This document shows, piece by piece, positions 26,479-37,430 of a stretch of 64,000 bases of DNA. A program made the translations under genes and the position numbers. The number at the start of each line of letters is the position of its first letter. Within the stretch, counting starts at the first letter, position 1. Source of the DNA: Eledone cirrhosa (Eukaryota); the NCBI GenBank assembly GCA_964016885.1, contig OZ024742.1, positions 360,344,001 through 360,408,000 on the forward strand, given 5' to 3'. The notes under the pieces were generated by a model that made no database searches, was not told where the DNA came from, and saw only the letters and a list, made by a program, of their open reading frames with translations.

Positions 26479-27051
26479 TTTTATTGCTCATTTTTTGTCG
26501 ATTCTATTGAGTGATGAATAGCTTTTGTTTTATTTTAACATGTCTATTGAGCACTCTAATTCGATATGTGTATTTCCACATTCACTCGAATTGTTTTCGC
26601 GGATATAGGGGTTATCTCCCTTGTCTAATGCCATGTGCGTTTTTCACTGGTAGTTGGCTCCTCTACCGCCAGGAAAAAACTCGTTGAGAAAGTAAAACTC
26701 CGTTCCGCTTACTCTAGTAGGCTTTTATATTTATATGTGAGCTGATAGAGTACAGTCTAAGGATTTACAGAAACCCATGAAGCTAGATTTAACACCTGTC
26801 TAGTGGGTCCGGGTATGATTTTACATTCATTTAAATTATTGATGTATTGTTTTATTGATATTTTTTATCTGTTTGTCCCGAATCTTCCTCTATCGATTTT
26901 AAATCGTATGGTTGATTGTAGACTTGTTCTATATGTGACGGTATTTTAACGATAGTTATAGCTCTGATTCATCTGAATTATTGAGCCCTCTGCCGCTCAT
27001 GTCGAATCTCGTTTATCGTGAACTCGTGCGCCGATTTTTCGATACTCGATC

Positions 27052-27099
<48 letters not shown>

Positions 27100-27140
27100 G
27101 ATATTAATAAATGGAAACTATATTTATAAAACCATATTTA

Positions 27141-27201
27141 TTTCATTATACATATTTCAAGGATACCAAGTTAAATTATGGTATGCCTTCATCAGACAAA
27201 A
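27141..27201 (-). ncRNA. Type I hammerhead motif
   Basis: UUUUGU-CUGAUGA-AGGcAUACCA..UGGUAUCCUU-GAAA-UAUGUA-UA-AUGAAA. Confidence 0.7.
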
Positions 27202-28046
27202 TACAATATATTTCAGTTTTACAAATAAGCATTGACGTACCCTTTCAAAATGCGACCATTACTTTTGAAGGACATCAGGATAGTGGTTTGTTTATATTAT
27301 TTTAGTAAGTCTTAGTGTTAAGGACAATTACAAAAGACGGAGAGAGAAAAGCGTGGAGAAAAAACGGAGAGAGAGAGAGAGAGAGAAGAGCGTGGAGAAA
27401 AAGGGAGAGATAAATAAAGAAAAAGAGGAAAGAAAAGAAAAAAAAAGGCAAAAATAAGAAAACAGAGGAAAGCAACAGAGAGATATCAAACCATCAGACA
27501 GAGAGAAAAATCTCAAGAGAGAGAAATAAGAGATAGAGAGAGGGGGAGAGAACGAAAGCCTTAAGTCATGTCATATTAAGTTGACTTAACAATTGAGATG
27601 AAATGAATAAATAAAATGAGAAATATTAATATTCATGAATGGAATATACGTATATAATATGAGAAATTAATCATTGTTTAATTATGATTAGATATTTAGT
27701 TTAAAAATTGAGATCAATATACTAAAAATTGGAATTTAAACATCACAAAATGTATATTGCTTTAGAAATTACCTATCGTACAGCACGTATATATAGGCAA
27801 AGATACATAAATATATATATACACATACATTCAGAAAATAGACATTATATCTACTCCCGCATATAATATATACATACAGAGCATAAGTGATTTTTTTTTT
27901 ATTACTGCTATACATACATTCCTTGTGTTATTAAATAAAAAAATTCACAGTATATATATATAAATATATAGGATTAACTTTCATGCATTTATGGCTGTTA
28001 AAATTATGCATATCTGCAATCAATATATATATATATATATATATAT

Positions 28047-28329
28047 AAGGATTAGAATACTGGAGCGTGTTTGAGTCAAACACCCTCTTCGTATTATAGA
28101 AATGACAGTAAAAGGTATAGCTCAATGCAGTTAAACAGAGCCAAAAAATTAAGAGAGTAAAACAAAGAATCCTTTAATACATCAAAAGTTTTTATTAGCC
28201 GACAATGTTTCGTCCTATTAAGGACTCATCAGGGCAATCAAAACAACAAGAGGTAATATCGGCAGATACAAGCCAGAAACTCTGAAGAATATGGAGTGTA
28301 CATACACTAATGTCTTGCAAAGATATACG
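28047..28329 (-). repeat. 3' pseudo-LTR (283 bp)
   Basis: Matches 32888-33170; one mismatch seen by eye (GAGTC versus GAATC). Confidence 0.93.
28198..28235 (-). ncRNA. Minimal type I hammerhead ribozyme in the 3' pLTR
   Basis: GCC-CUGAUGA-GUCCU uaau AGGAC-GAAAC auu GUC-GGC. Confidence 0.9.
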
Positions 28330-28571
28330 ATAATAAAAATGAAAATAAAGATAAAAATAATAAAATTATAATAACTAAGGATGTAGATAACATTAAGAAC
28401 CATATTACAAATATAGTCCAAAGCCACCAACCTAAATCTAAACAAATTTGGTTATATAGAGCAGGAATTATATATAACACAATATAATACATTATAATAA
28501 TAATATATTTATACCAACATTAAAATTCCAAATTAAAAATCAAAAGGTACAATATATACATGTATATATGT

Positions 28572-28620
<49 letters not shown>

Positions 28621-30117
28621 ACAATACACATATCTATGTTCTATTACACAGAAATTAAGCCCTATTAGAAGTTTGAATATTAAAAATAAGCATGGTAATA
28701 GTGAAAGTAATACTAATACATCTACCCAATATACATGAGGCAATAATATGATATAATTACAAGAAACACTTATAACAAATAATAAACAACAAAATTATAT
28801 AATTCAATACAATATAATAAAGTAGAATAGATAATCCCCGGTTAATTTACAGAAACAATATAGATGTCACAATGAAATACAATGATAAAATGTTAACATT
28901 ATATTAACAAGTACCATAAACAATATATACAAAATGATTCATACTGGGTTACATAATAAATGAGGAAATATAAATCATATAATACTCAAAAAAACTATAA
29001 TGGTACAGGGAAAAATTATGATGTTACAGAAAAAATATGATGTTACAGAAAAAAATATACAGACATCTAACATGATATGTAAAGTCTAAATATCATAATG
29101 TTACATATTACAATATTAAAATATTAAAAAAATCCAGACATCTTACATGATATATAAAGTTTAAATATCATAATGTTATATATAATGAACGGTAAGTAAT
29201 AAGGATCTATATCATAATGTAATATATTTTAAAATTGGCATAAAATATATAAATACTTATAATTACAAGGTTAGTAGACAGACATGTGTGGATGAGTGAG
29301 CGAAGCCAGACAGTGAATAGTAAATAGAATATAGAATAAAACAAATAAATACAATCAACCGGAAATTACAAAACAAAAGCAAATGTATACACATTTAGGC
29401 CTCGCGTGCGTTAAGAAATTAGGTAAACACCAAGGAAAGCGATCATTTTAAATGACTCCAAACCCTATCTGATAAATTAATATTAAAAATATCGAACCCG
29501 TCCAATAAGGTAGTATAAAATTAGCTGTAGTTTAAGTCATTAAAGTATATAAACTTTAATGTATCATTACAAATGTTTACAAAAAGGAATAAAATTACAC
29601 TATCATATACGCAACGATATCTAAAAAACTGACTTAAGTAGAGTTAAGGTAGGCTAATGGGGACAGAATTGACAAAATATATGGAGGGTGCGAAGTGGCA
29701 CAAAATATATTCGATATACTATAATAAATAATAGAACGAATCATATTCAATCTGGAGGGGTTGACAATAAGTTTATGTGTGCATGGTGGGAGGGGGGGGG
29801 GGGGTTGTCGATAGATAAATCAGAATAGACTTAGAAATAAAAATAGAATTAAAAATAAAAATTAAAAATAATATTAAAATTTAAAATTAAAGATAATAAT
29901 AATAAAAAAAATATAAAGATAATAATAGAATAACGTAAGTGGCGTAAAGTGTGTAATCTTATGTATACTAACAAGGTGTAATAGTGAAGACATAGATATG
30001 GTACAGTGGCCAAATGATTATGAGAGCTAGAATGAAGAGTCATCAAAAACCAATGATAACATTAATGTTGGCAAACAAAAGAACCCAAACAAAAAACTAA
30101 GTAATGGAATATATCTG

Positions 30118-32811
30118 CTAATGGGTACAATTTGTACTACTAGAACATTTGGGTTTATAATAAAAGTAAGAATTAGAAATGGCATGGGGGCAAGAAGAGA
30201 ATATCTCAGACTTTCTATTCAGTAAGGGTACGCTAGAGAAAATAATAGAGTGTGTCTCAAGTATACAGAGATTACAAAACTTACTATGTGCAGAAAGGTG
30301 GTTAGATCGTGCTACTAAACTCCAGTTAAGGCTATATGGTATATAAGCTCCCTTAAGATCCCAGATATAATGCGCTAGAGAGGTAGAATTCTTAAACCTA
30401 ACATGTTTGAAGTTAGAGATATGAGAGTTAAACCTAGTCTTAAAAGTGTTTGAAGTAGATCCTATATACGTTCTTTTAGAGGAATTAGTTATAACCTCGC
30501 AAGCATAGACAATGTTCTTAGAAAGGCAGTTACCGTTTAGAGGGCAGTTAGCACTCACTCTACAATTGCACTTCCGAGTGTTATTGGTTGGCTCGAGTGG
30601 TGATGTATTGCACGTAGGACCTCTATTAGATAAGGACTGTTCTGGTGGTAAAGCATTGTCCGATGCATTCAGACTAGTAGTATGTAGAGAGGAGAATCCA
30701 TCCCTAATTTTCCTATTATTAGTGCTAGCTAAATGAGAACTAATATTAGGGGTGGTAGAGAATGAGAGTTTAATAACATTTTTATTAAAAATACCATGGT
30801 ATTTGTGAGAAGGGGGGAAATTTTTCTCCAAGATAGTGAAGAAAGACCTAGGGATATTAGTTGATACATCCTGATTATATGGCGGGTTGAAATAAGTATT
30901 CAATCGCCTTCTATTTTTATTTTTATTCTTATCGACCCTACCTCTATCAAATGTCCCACCGTCGAGACTAGGGTTACTATCGGGAATAGTTGAAGCCACA
31001 TTCATAGAATCAGCCATAATTTCGTTATGCCTATTATAGTTTCTACCCCTAGTAGATCCGCTGTTGTCCAGAATCCCTACAAGAGGATTAAGGCCAATGA
31101 TAGGATCAGTAGGAGCAACATTACTAGAATAAGATCCAGCCAAACCAACACCAATGCGTGAACGCACAGGGGGCTCGACTTGTCTCTTAGAGGTATTATA
31201 TTTGTTATTACGAGTCCGGTGGGATAACTTATGGGTGGGTTCAGATACTCCTATATAAGTTCTACGGTTACTATGTTTGCTACTCCCATTCATGGCCATG
31301 TTATGTGATATAATGTTATTATTATTAAGAGTAAGCGGAGACTTTCTAAAGTTACTATTATTATAATTTATTTTACTAGAGTGACCTGAATTTGCTAGGG
31401 CGTTATTGTAGTACTCTGCATGTTCATTAAAAGTTCCTATGTCCTTAGATAGTGTGGAAATCCTATTAGAAACGCCCTTAATTATAGAGTTTATCATAGA
31501 CTTAGGGTGGTTAGAATTGGGGCTAACATAAGAAAGAATTTCATTAGGCTTATGGAAGGGTTTAAAACTATTAGTGGCCAAGTCCAAAGTCACATCTAAA
31601 AAGTTAACCGCTCTATCATTTTTATCTATCGTGATTGAAAGGTTGTAGCTATTAAAAAACTTATAAAGCTTCTTCTTATTACGTTCTACATTGTTGGTAC
31701 TAGAGTTAATTACAAACAATGCATCATCACGATATAGTCCGCCTACAAGGTGCGGGAAGGTAGCGTATAGTTCATTAAGGAGGAACAACCCAACAAGATC
31801 AGTAACCTGGGCCGAATCACTCGAACCCATTGTAACGTCGAAATTATTGGGCGTGTTTTTACGGGTCCAAAAAGTGTCCTCAAATTTAATAATAGTTTTA
31901 CGGGCTGCTAGTATAATATCTATCTGCGATCGTGTAAGGCTGGACACTCTCATGGCCAACATTAAGGCTTTATTGAGGAGGATGGGTGAAATTGATGTGT
32001 AGTAGGCATCAATATCGAATTGGATAAACTTATTAGATTCAAGTCTATTAATCCCAGAGAACCAATCTATAACTTCCCTAGTGTTCCCCCATAAGTTAAA
32101 ATTAACCTTATCCCTAACATCTGGTATAATAAGGTCAAGGATTTTTTTACTGATAATGGCTATATCCGACTTAGAAGGACAGATAAGTCTAACTGAGGGG
32201 TTACTAATAAAATCAACCTTATGGTCCTTAAGTGTGAATCTCGGTTCTCGAGGGTAATATGGCTGGGTATACTTATCGAGTCCGAGGTCAGAGACTATTC
32301 TAAGGCCCTCACTATTGATGTGGTTCAAATTCTCAAGCGTAGTTTTTTTATAGTTTCTATATAACTCTTTATAAATAAAATCGCGGTATGTACTATAGTC
32401 CATGGAGTATAGATTCTTAGTCTTATCTGCCGGGACCAGAATGGACTTATTCTCACCGAAACCCTTAACAATATTTTTAAGTCTGGACTGGAATTTATCA
32501 AAATTACTATTGTTTCCATGTCTATTATTTGGCCTAAACCTAACATTTTTGACAAGAGAGAGTAAGTCACCTTCAAAACTATCTAATAGTATGTTGTGTG
32601 GTGGGCTCTTATACGTTTTGAAGCCGCAGCTATTAAAATTTGTTCTATTCCTGGGGTCCTTCCTATTCTTATTACTATCGTAGTGAAACGCACGCCATCT
32701 AATCCTTTTTACAAAGGAGTTAACACTAGCTATCAGTAGTTTTTGGTAAGTATTCTTAGAGGGGGTGGGAATATTTTTCAGAGATAAAGGCAAGTAACTC
32801 TTTGTCAGCAT
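30118..32811 (-). CDS. Penelope-like RT + GIY-YIG polyprotein (Naiad-type), 897 aa
   Basis: N-terminal SLKNIPTPS..Y..LI..FVKRIRWRAF; ADKT; QFDIDAYYTSI; VTMGSSDSAQV; LYRDD; VNFLDV; CNCR...CPLNGNC; IVY..TYIGST..FKTR; CNLC. Confidence 0.95.
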   Translation of the reverse strand: MLTKSYLPLSLKNIPTPSKNTYQKLLIASVNSFVKRIRWRAFHYDSNKNRKDPRNRTNFNSCGFKTYKSPPHNILLDSFEGDLLSLVKNVRFRPNNRHGNNSNFDKFQSRLKNIVKGFGENKSILVPADKTKNLYSMDYSTYRDFIYKELYRNYKKTTLENLNHINSEGLRIVSDLGLDKYTQPYYPREPRFTLKDHKVDFISNPSVRLICPSKSDIAIISKKILDLIIPDVRDKVNFNLWGNTREVIDWFSGINRLESNKFIQFDIDAYYTSISPILLNKALMLAMRVSSLTRSQIDIILAARKTIIKFEDTFWTRKNTPNNFDVTMGSSDSAQVTDLVGLFLLNELYATFPHLVGGLYRDDALFVINSSTNNVERNKKKLYKFFNSYNLSITIDKNDRAVNFLDVTLDLATNSFKPFHKPNEILSYVSPNSNHPKSMINSIIKGVSNRISTLSKDIGTFNEHAEYYNNALANSGHSSKINYNNSNFRKSPLTLNNNNIISHNMAMNGSSKHSNRRTYIGVSEPTHKLSHRTRNNKYNTSKRQVEPPVRSRIGVGLAGSYSSNVAPTDPIIGLNPLVGILDNSGSTRGRNYNRHNEIMADSMNVASTIPDSNPSLDGGTFDRGRVDKNKNKNRRRLNTYFNPPYNQDVSTNIPRSFFTILEKNFPPSHKYHGIFNKNVIKLSFSTTPNISSHLASTNNRKIRDGFSSLHTTSLNASDNALPPEQSLSNRGPTCNTSPLEPTNNTRKCNCRVSANCPLNGNCLSKNIVYACEVITNSSKRTYIGSTSNTFKTRFNSHISNFKHVRFKNSTSLAHYIWDLKGAYIPYSLNWSLVARSNHLSAHSKFCNLCILETHSIIFSSVPLLNRKSEIFSSCPHAISNSYFYYKPKCSSSTNCTH

Positions 32812-32887
32812 ACTGTCAGATAAAAATATATAGAGGCCAAAATGCCAGTATATATGTGAGTAAGCTCAACCTATCGGGAGCAGTTAC

Positions 32888-33170
32888 AAGGATTAGAATA
32901 CTGGAGCGTGTTTGAATCAAACACCCTCTTCGTATTATAGAAATGACAGTAAAAGGTATAGCTCAATGCAGTTAAACAGAGCCAAAAAATTAAGAGAGTA
33001 AAACAAAGAATCCTTTAATACATCAAAAGTTTTTATTAGCCGACAATGTTTCGTCCTATTAAGGACTCATCAGGGCAATCAAAACAACAAGAGGTAATAT
33101 CGGCAGATACAAGCCAGAAACTCTGAAGAATATGGAGTGTACATACACTAATGTCTTGCAAAGATATACG
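32888..33170 (-). repeat. 5' pseudo-LTR (283 bp)
   Basis: Direct repeat of 28047-28329. Confidence 0.93.
33039..33076 (-). ncRNA. Minimal type I hammerhead ribozyme in the 5' pLTR
   Basis: Identical to 28198-28235. Confidence 0.9.
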
Positions 33171-33227
<57 letters not shown>

Positions 33228-33282
33228 TGATTTAAAACTGCACTATTCACAAGTGTGTTTTAACCTTCATATCATGTCTCCC

Positions 33283-33353
33283 TATTTTATCTGACGAAAA
33301 CGCAAATGTTATTGGATGATGATATTTGTTTTTGAAATGCGGATAATAAAATA
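33283..33353 (+). ncRNA. Type I hammerhead motif
   Basis: UAUUUUAU-CUGACGA-AAAcGCAAAUGUUAUU ggau GAUGAUAUUUGUUUUU-GAAA-Ugcgg-AUA-AUAAAAUA. Confidence 0.75.
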
Positions 33354-33477
33354 CTTGGAACTCCTTTAACCATCTTTTGATCTTATATATTATGTATACT
33401 CCAGGCCTACAAACTGTGGAGTGCTACTTATCCGATATCTGCATTGCTTTATTGTACTACAATAAAACTCACCTCCT

Positions 33478-33544
<67 letters not shown>

Positions 33545-33546
<2 letters not shown>

Positions 33547-34162
33547 CATACGTTAAGAATAACGTTCGGGATAGTGAAAGTAAGTTTTCTGACAAGTGAA
33601 TTTGTTTTTTTGTTTTTTTTACAGTGAAAGTTACGATACACACGCAATTGTATGGATTTCTTAAAATATATATATGTGTGGGTGTGTATATGTTTGTATA
33701 TATGTGTGTACACTGTGAATTTGTTTGTTTATTTACAACAGGTCTCTATAGTGATATGGTGTTAATTAGTATTGCGTGTGTGATTATTTTTTCTTTTTCT
33801 TTTTTTTCGTATTGTGTGTACGGAAATTTTTTTTTTAAATAATGACATTGTGTGTTTTTAAATAGCAAGATATTACAAAAACATCTAAACGATGATGATG
33901 ACACAAACACATATATATATAAGAAAAAATAATAACACACGCAATACTAATTAACACCATATCACTATAGAGACCTGTTGTAAATAAGCAAACAAATTCA
34001 CAGTGTACACACATATATACAAACATATACACACCCACACATATATATATTTTAAGAAATCCATACAATTGCGTGTGTATCGAAACTTTCACCGTAAAAA
34101 AAAAAAAAAAATTCACTTGTCAGAAAATTTACTTTCACTATCCCGAACGTTATTCTTAACGT

Positions 34163-34167
<5 letters not shown>
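33545..34167. repeat. Inverted repeat, about 250-bp arms, flanked by (TA)n
   Basis: 33545-33795 versus 33921-34167. Confidence 0.9.
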
Positions 34168-34236
<69 letters not shown>

Positions 34237-34426
34237 ACAGACCCTCCATCTCAACTCTAATTTTGTAAAGCAGAAGAACTGCGAAACCGGTAAAGGAACC
34301 AAATAAATATATATATTTTTAAAAAAAATAAGACTCCAGTTGCATTTTCGATTTCATCTTTTTTTCTTTATACTTTCACTCGTGTAGGACACCTCGGTTA
34401 TTTTTCATTTTGTAAAAAAACCTCAC

Positions 34427-34536
<110 letters not shown>

Positions 34537-34689
34537 GGGCTGATAACATAACGTTAAAACTCAATGTTTCCTTGGAAAGATGGTTGTAGCGAGATTGGGC
34601 TGTGGGACCAATAGTTGTTGTAGTAGGTTAAGGTTAGGGTTAGGTGTCCTTGAAGAAAATCCGTCCAGGTTACAGAGTCATTTCTATAT

Positions 34690-35930
34690 ATGTTATATGT
34701 TATATATGTTATATATGTTATATGTTATATATATGTTATATATGTTATATGTTATATTTATGTTATATATGTTATATGTTATATGTTATATATGTTATAT
34801 ATGTTATATATGTTATATGTTATATATGTTATATGTTATATATATGTTATATATGTTATATGTTCTATGTTATATATGTTATATATGTTATATGTTATAT
34901 ATATGTTATATATGTTATATGTTATATATGTTATATGTTATATGTTATATATGTTATATGTTATATATGTTATATATGTTATATATGTTATATGTTATAT
35001 ATGTTATATGTTATATATATGTTATATATGTTATATGTTATATGTTATATATGTTATATATGTTATATGTTATATATATGTTATATATGTTATATGTTAT
35101 ATATGTTATATGTTATATGTGTTATATGTTATATATATGTTATATATGTTATATGTTATATATGTTATATGTTATATATGTTATATATGTTATATGTTAT
35201 ATATATGTTATATATGTTATATGTTATATATGTTATATGTTATATATGTTATATGTTATATATATGTTATATATGTTATATGTTATATGTTATATATGTT
35301 ATATATGTTATATATTATATATGTTATATGTTATATATGTTATATGTTATATATGTTATATATGTTATATGTTATATATATGTTTTATATGTTATATGTT
35401 ATATATGTTATATGTTATATATGTTATATGTTATATATATATGTTATATGTTATATATGTTATATATGTTATATATGTTATATGTTATATATGTTATATA
35501 TGTTATATATGTTATATATGTTATATATATTATATATGTTATATGTTATATATGTTATATATGTTATATATGTTATATATGTTATATATATTATATATGT
35601 TATATGTTATATATGTTATATATGTTATATATGTTATATATGTTACATGTTATATATGTTATATATGTTATATATGTTATATATGTTATATGTTATATAT
35701 GTTATATATGTTATATGTTATATATATTATATATGTTATATGTTATATATGTTATATATGTTATATATGTTATATATGTTATATGTTATATATATTATAT
35801 ATGTTATATGTTATATATGTTATATATGTTATATATGTTATATATGTTATATGTTATATATGTTATATGTTATATATATTATATATGTTATATGTTATAT
35901 ATGTTATATATGTTATATATGTTATATATG
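34690..35930. repeat. GTTATAT / GTTATATAT mixed-period satellite
   Basis: Direct reading. Confidence 0.97.
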
Positions 35931-36174
35931 TGTTTGTGTACAGAACAATGAAAACAAGACAGAAGTCAGAGGTAAGTAGTTTTACGATCGTTTCAGAGGG
36001 TCGATTGATCGTAGAAGATCGATGTATCGACTAGCATGGCAGTGGTTAGATTACTACCTACGTCTAGTCTCGAAATTCCTCTTCGATCAACCGCCATCTT
36101 TAGAAACATTAGTGTAGGAATTCCGTGTGCATAATTGTATGTACGTGTATAAGTGTGCGTGTGTGAGTGTGTAT

Positions 36175-36260
<86 letters not shown>

Positions 36261-36491
36261 GTGTGTGTGTGAGTGTGCCTGTGTATAAGTGTGTGTGCCT
36301 GTGTAGATGTGTGTGTGTATAAAATGTGTATCGGTTAGGTAGTGCAGCTGAATGTTGTTGGGGTCATAGTCAATAGTGAGTGGAGAGACAGGGGTACATG
36401 AGATGTGAAATAAGTTGATTTGTTCGTAAGTTGATCGTCTAACACAGTACGTACCAGTAAGACCATATATGTTACATTGATACTGCAGGTG

Positions 36492-36534
<43 letters not shown>

Positions 36535-36894
36535 CCAGGGTTCAGTCGGGGGTAACCACAGTAAGTAAGGTACACAATACATATCAGAGTACAAATAATT
36601 AATATAGAAATGGCTTCTACAAGACTTGAACTGTTTCGTTCGGAGGAAATCATGTATATATACAGTATATAAAGGTATATATAACATGTATATATAAACA
36701 TGATTTTAAATACTGCAATGAATTGTTAAAGAAAAAAATGTACTTTTTTCAATTCTGTGAAAGCACAATGGTATCCCTTACCATAGGTAGGTTCTCGGTT
36801 TGTTTTGATGCTGAAAAAGAAGGAACCCAGGGTCCGTAAGAGCCCACAAAAACGCGAATTTGAAACACAGACAATTTCTTTTTCTTCGTGAGAC

Positions 36895-36951
36895 TGTTCG
36901 TATCTGCCGAAGTTCGTAAGTAGGGTGTTCGTAAGGCGGGGACTTACTGTA
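36895..36951. mobile_element. One end of a Tc1/mariner(pogo)-like element
   Basis: TTCGTAAG..TTCGTAAGGCGGGGACTTACTG-TA terminal pattern; other end not found. Confidence 0.4.
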
Positions 36952-37430
36952 ATAAACAGGACGAGAGTAAAACAGATAGGGGGGGTTAAATAGTGGTAGA
37001 AAACGGTGAAGCGGAAGGGAGAGGCAAATTCTACACTCTTGGCTTACTGGTATACTTCAGGTGTGCCACGCGAACAAGACAGCGAAAGCATTACCACGGA
37101 AAACAACCAGTGATACTTGCTGCATCAGCCACTCCACTTCACGGGGCCCTTTCATTGGGCCGGATGCATTCTTCTCAGCAGTCGAGAGCCTCAATAAATA
37201 CACCAGAGCTCTTGATGGTGTCCGACACAAAAAGAAAGTGATCGGTCGTATTCATGGTATTTCGATATCCTCCGCTATTTTGCGTTCCAGGAAGCAGTAC
37301 AAAGGTCTGTGGTCAAAGTTTGGAAATAACAGATTGAATGATGCTTTACAGTAAAACTGAAATATTTTGTTACTATTTGTTTAGCTCCATCTATTAATAG
37401 CTATTAATATCATTCCTCAGAACATCTGTT

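Larger units (their letters stand above)
28047..33170 (-). mobile_element. Full-length Naiad-type Penelope-like retroelement inserted in (TA)n
   Basis: Direct repeats 28047-28329 and 32888-33170, uninterrupted RT-GIY-YIG ORF, TA tracts on both sides. Confidence 0.95.

Noticed and set aside
30118-32811. Selenoprotein-type Naiad (UGA read-through with SECIS)
   Set aside because: The ORF has no in-frame UGA and ends in UAG; the AUGA-containing 3' block did not fold as a SECIS by eye.
34268-34300. GCAG..CTGC-GAAACCGGTA-AAGG half hammerhead (similar half motif at about 36610-36650, - strand)
   Set aside because: The CUGANGA side is missing, so not counted as a ribozyme.
34580-36034. YICYML-repeat ORFs
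   Set aside because: Translation of the GTTATAT satellite.
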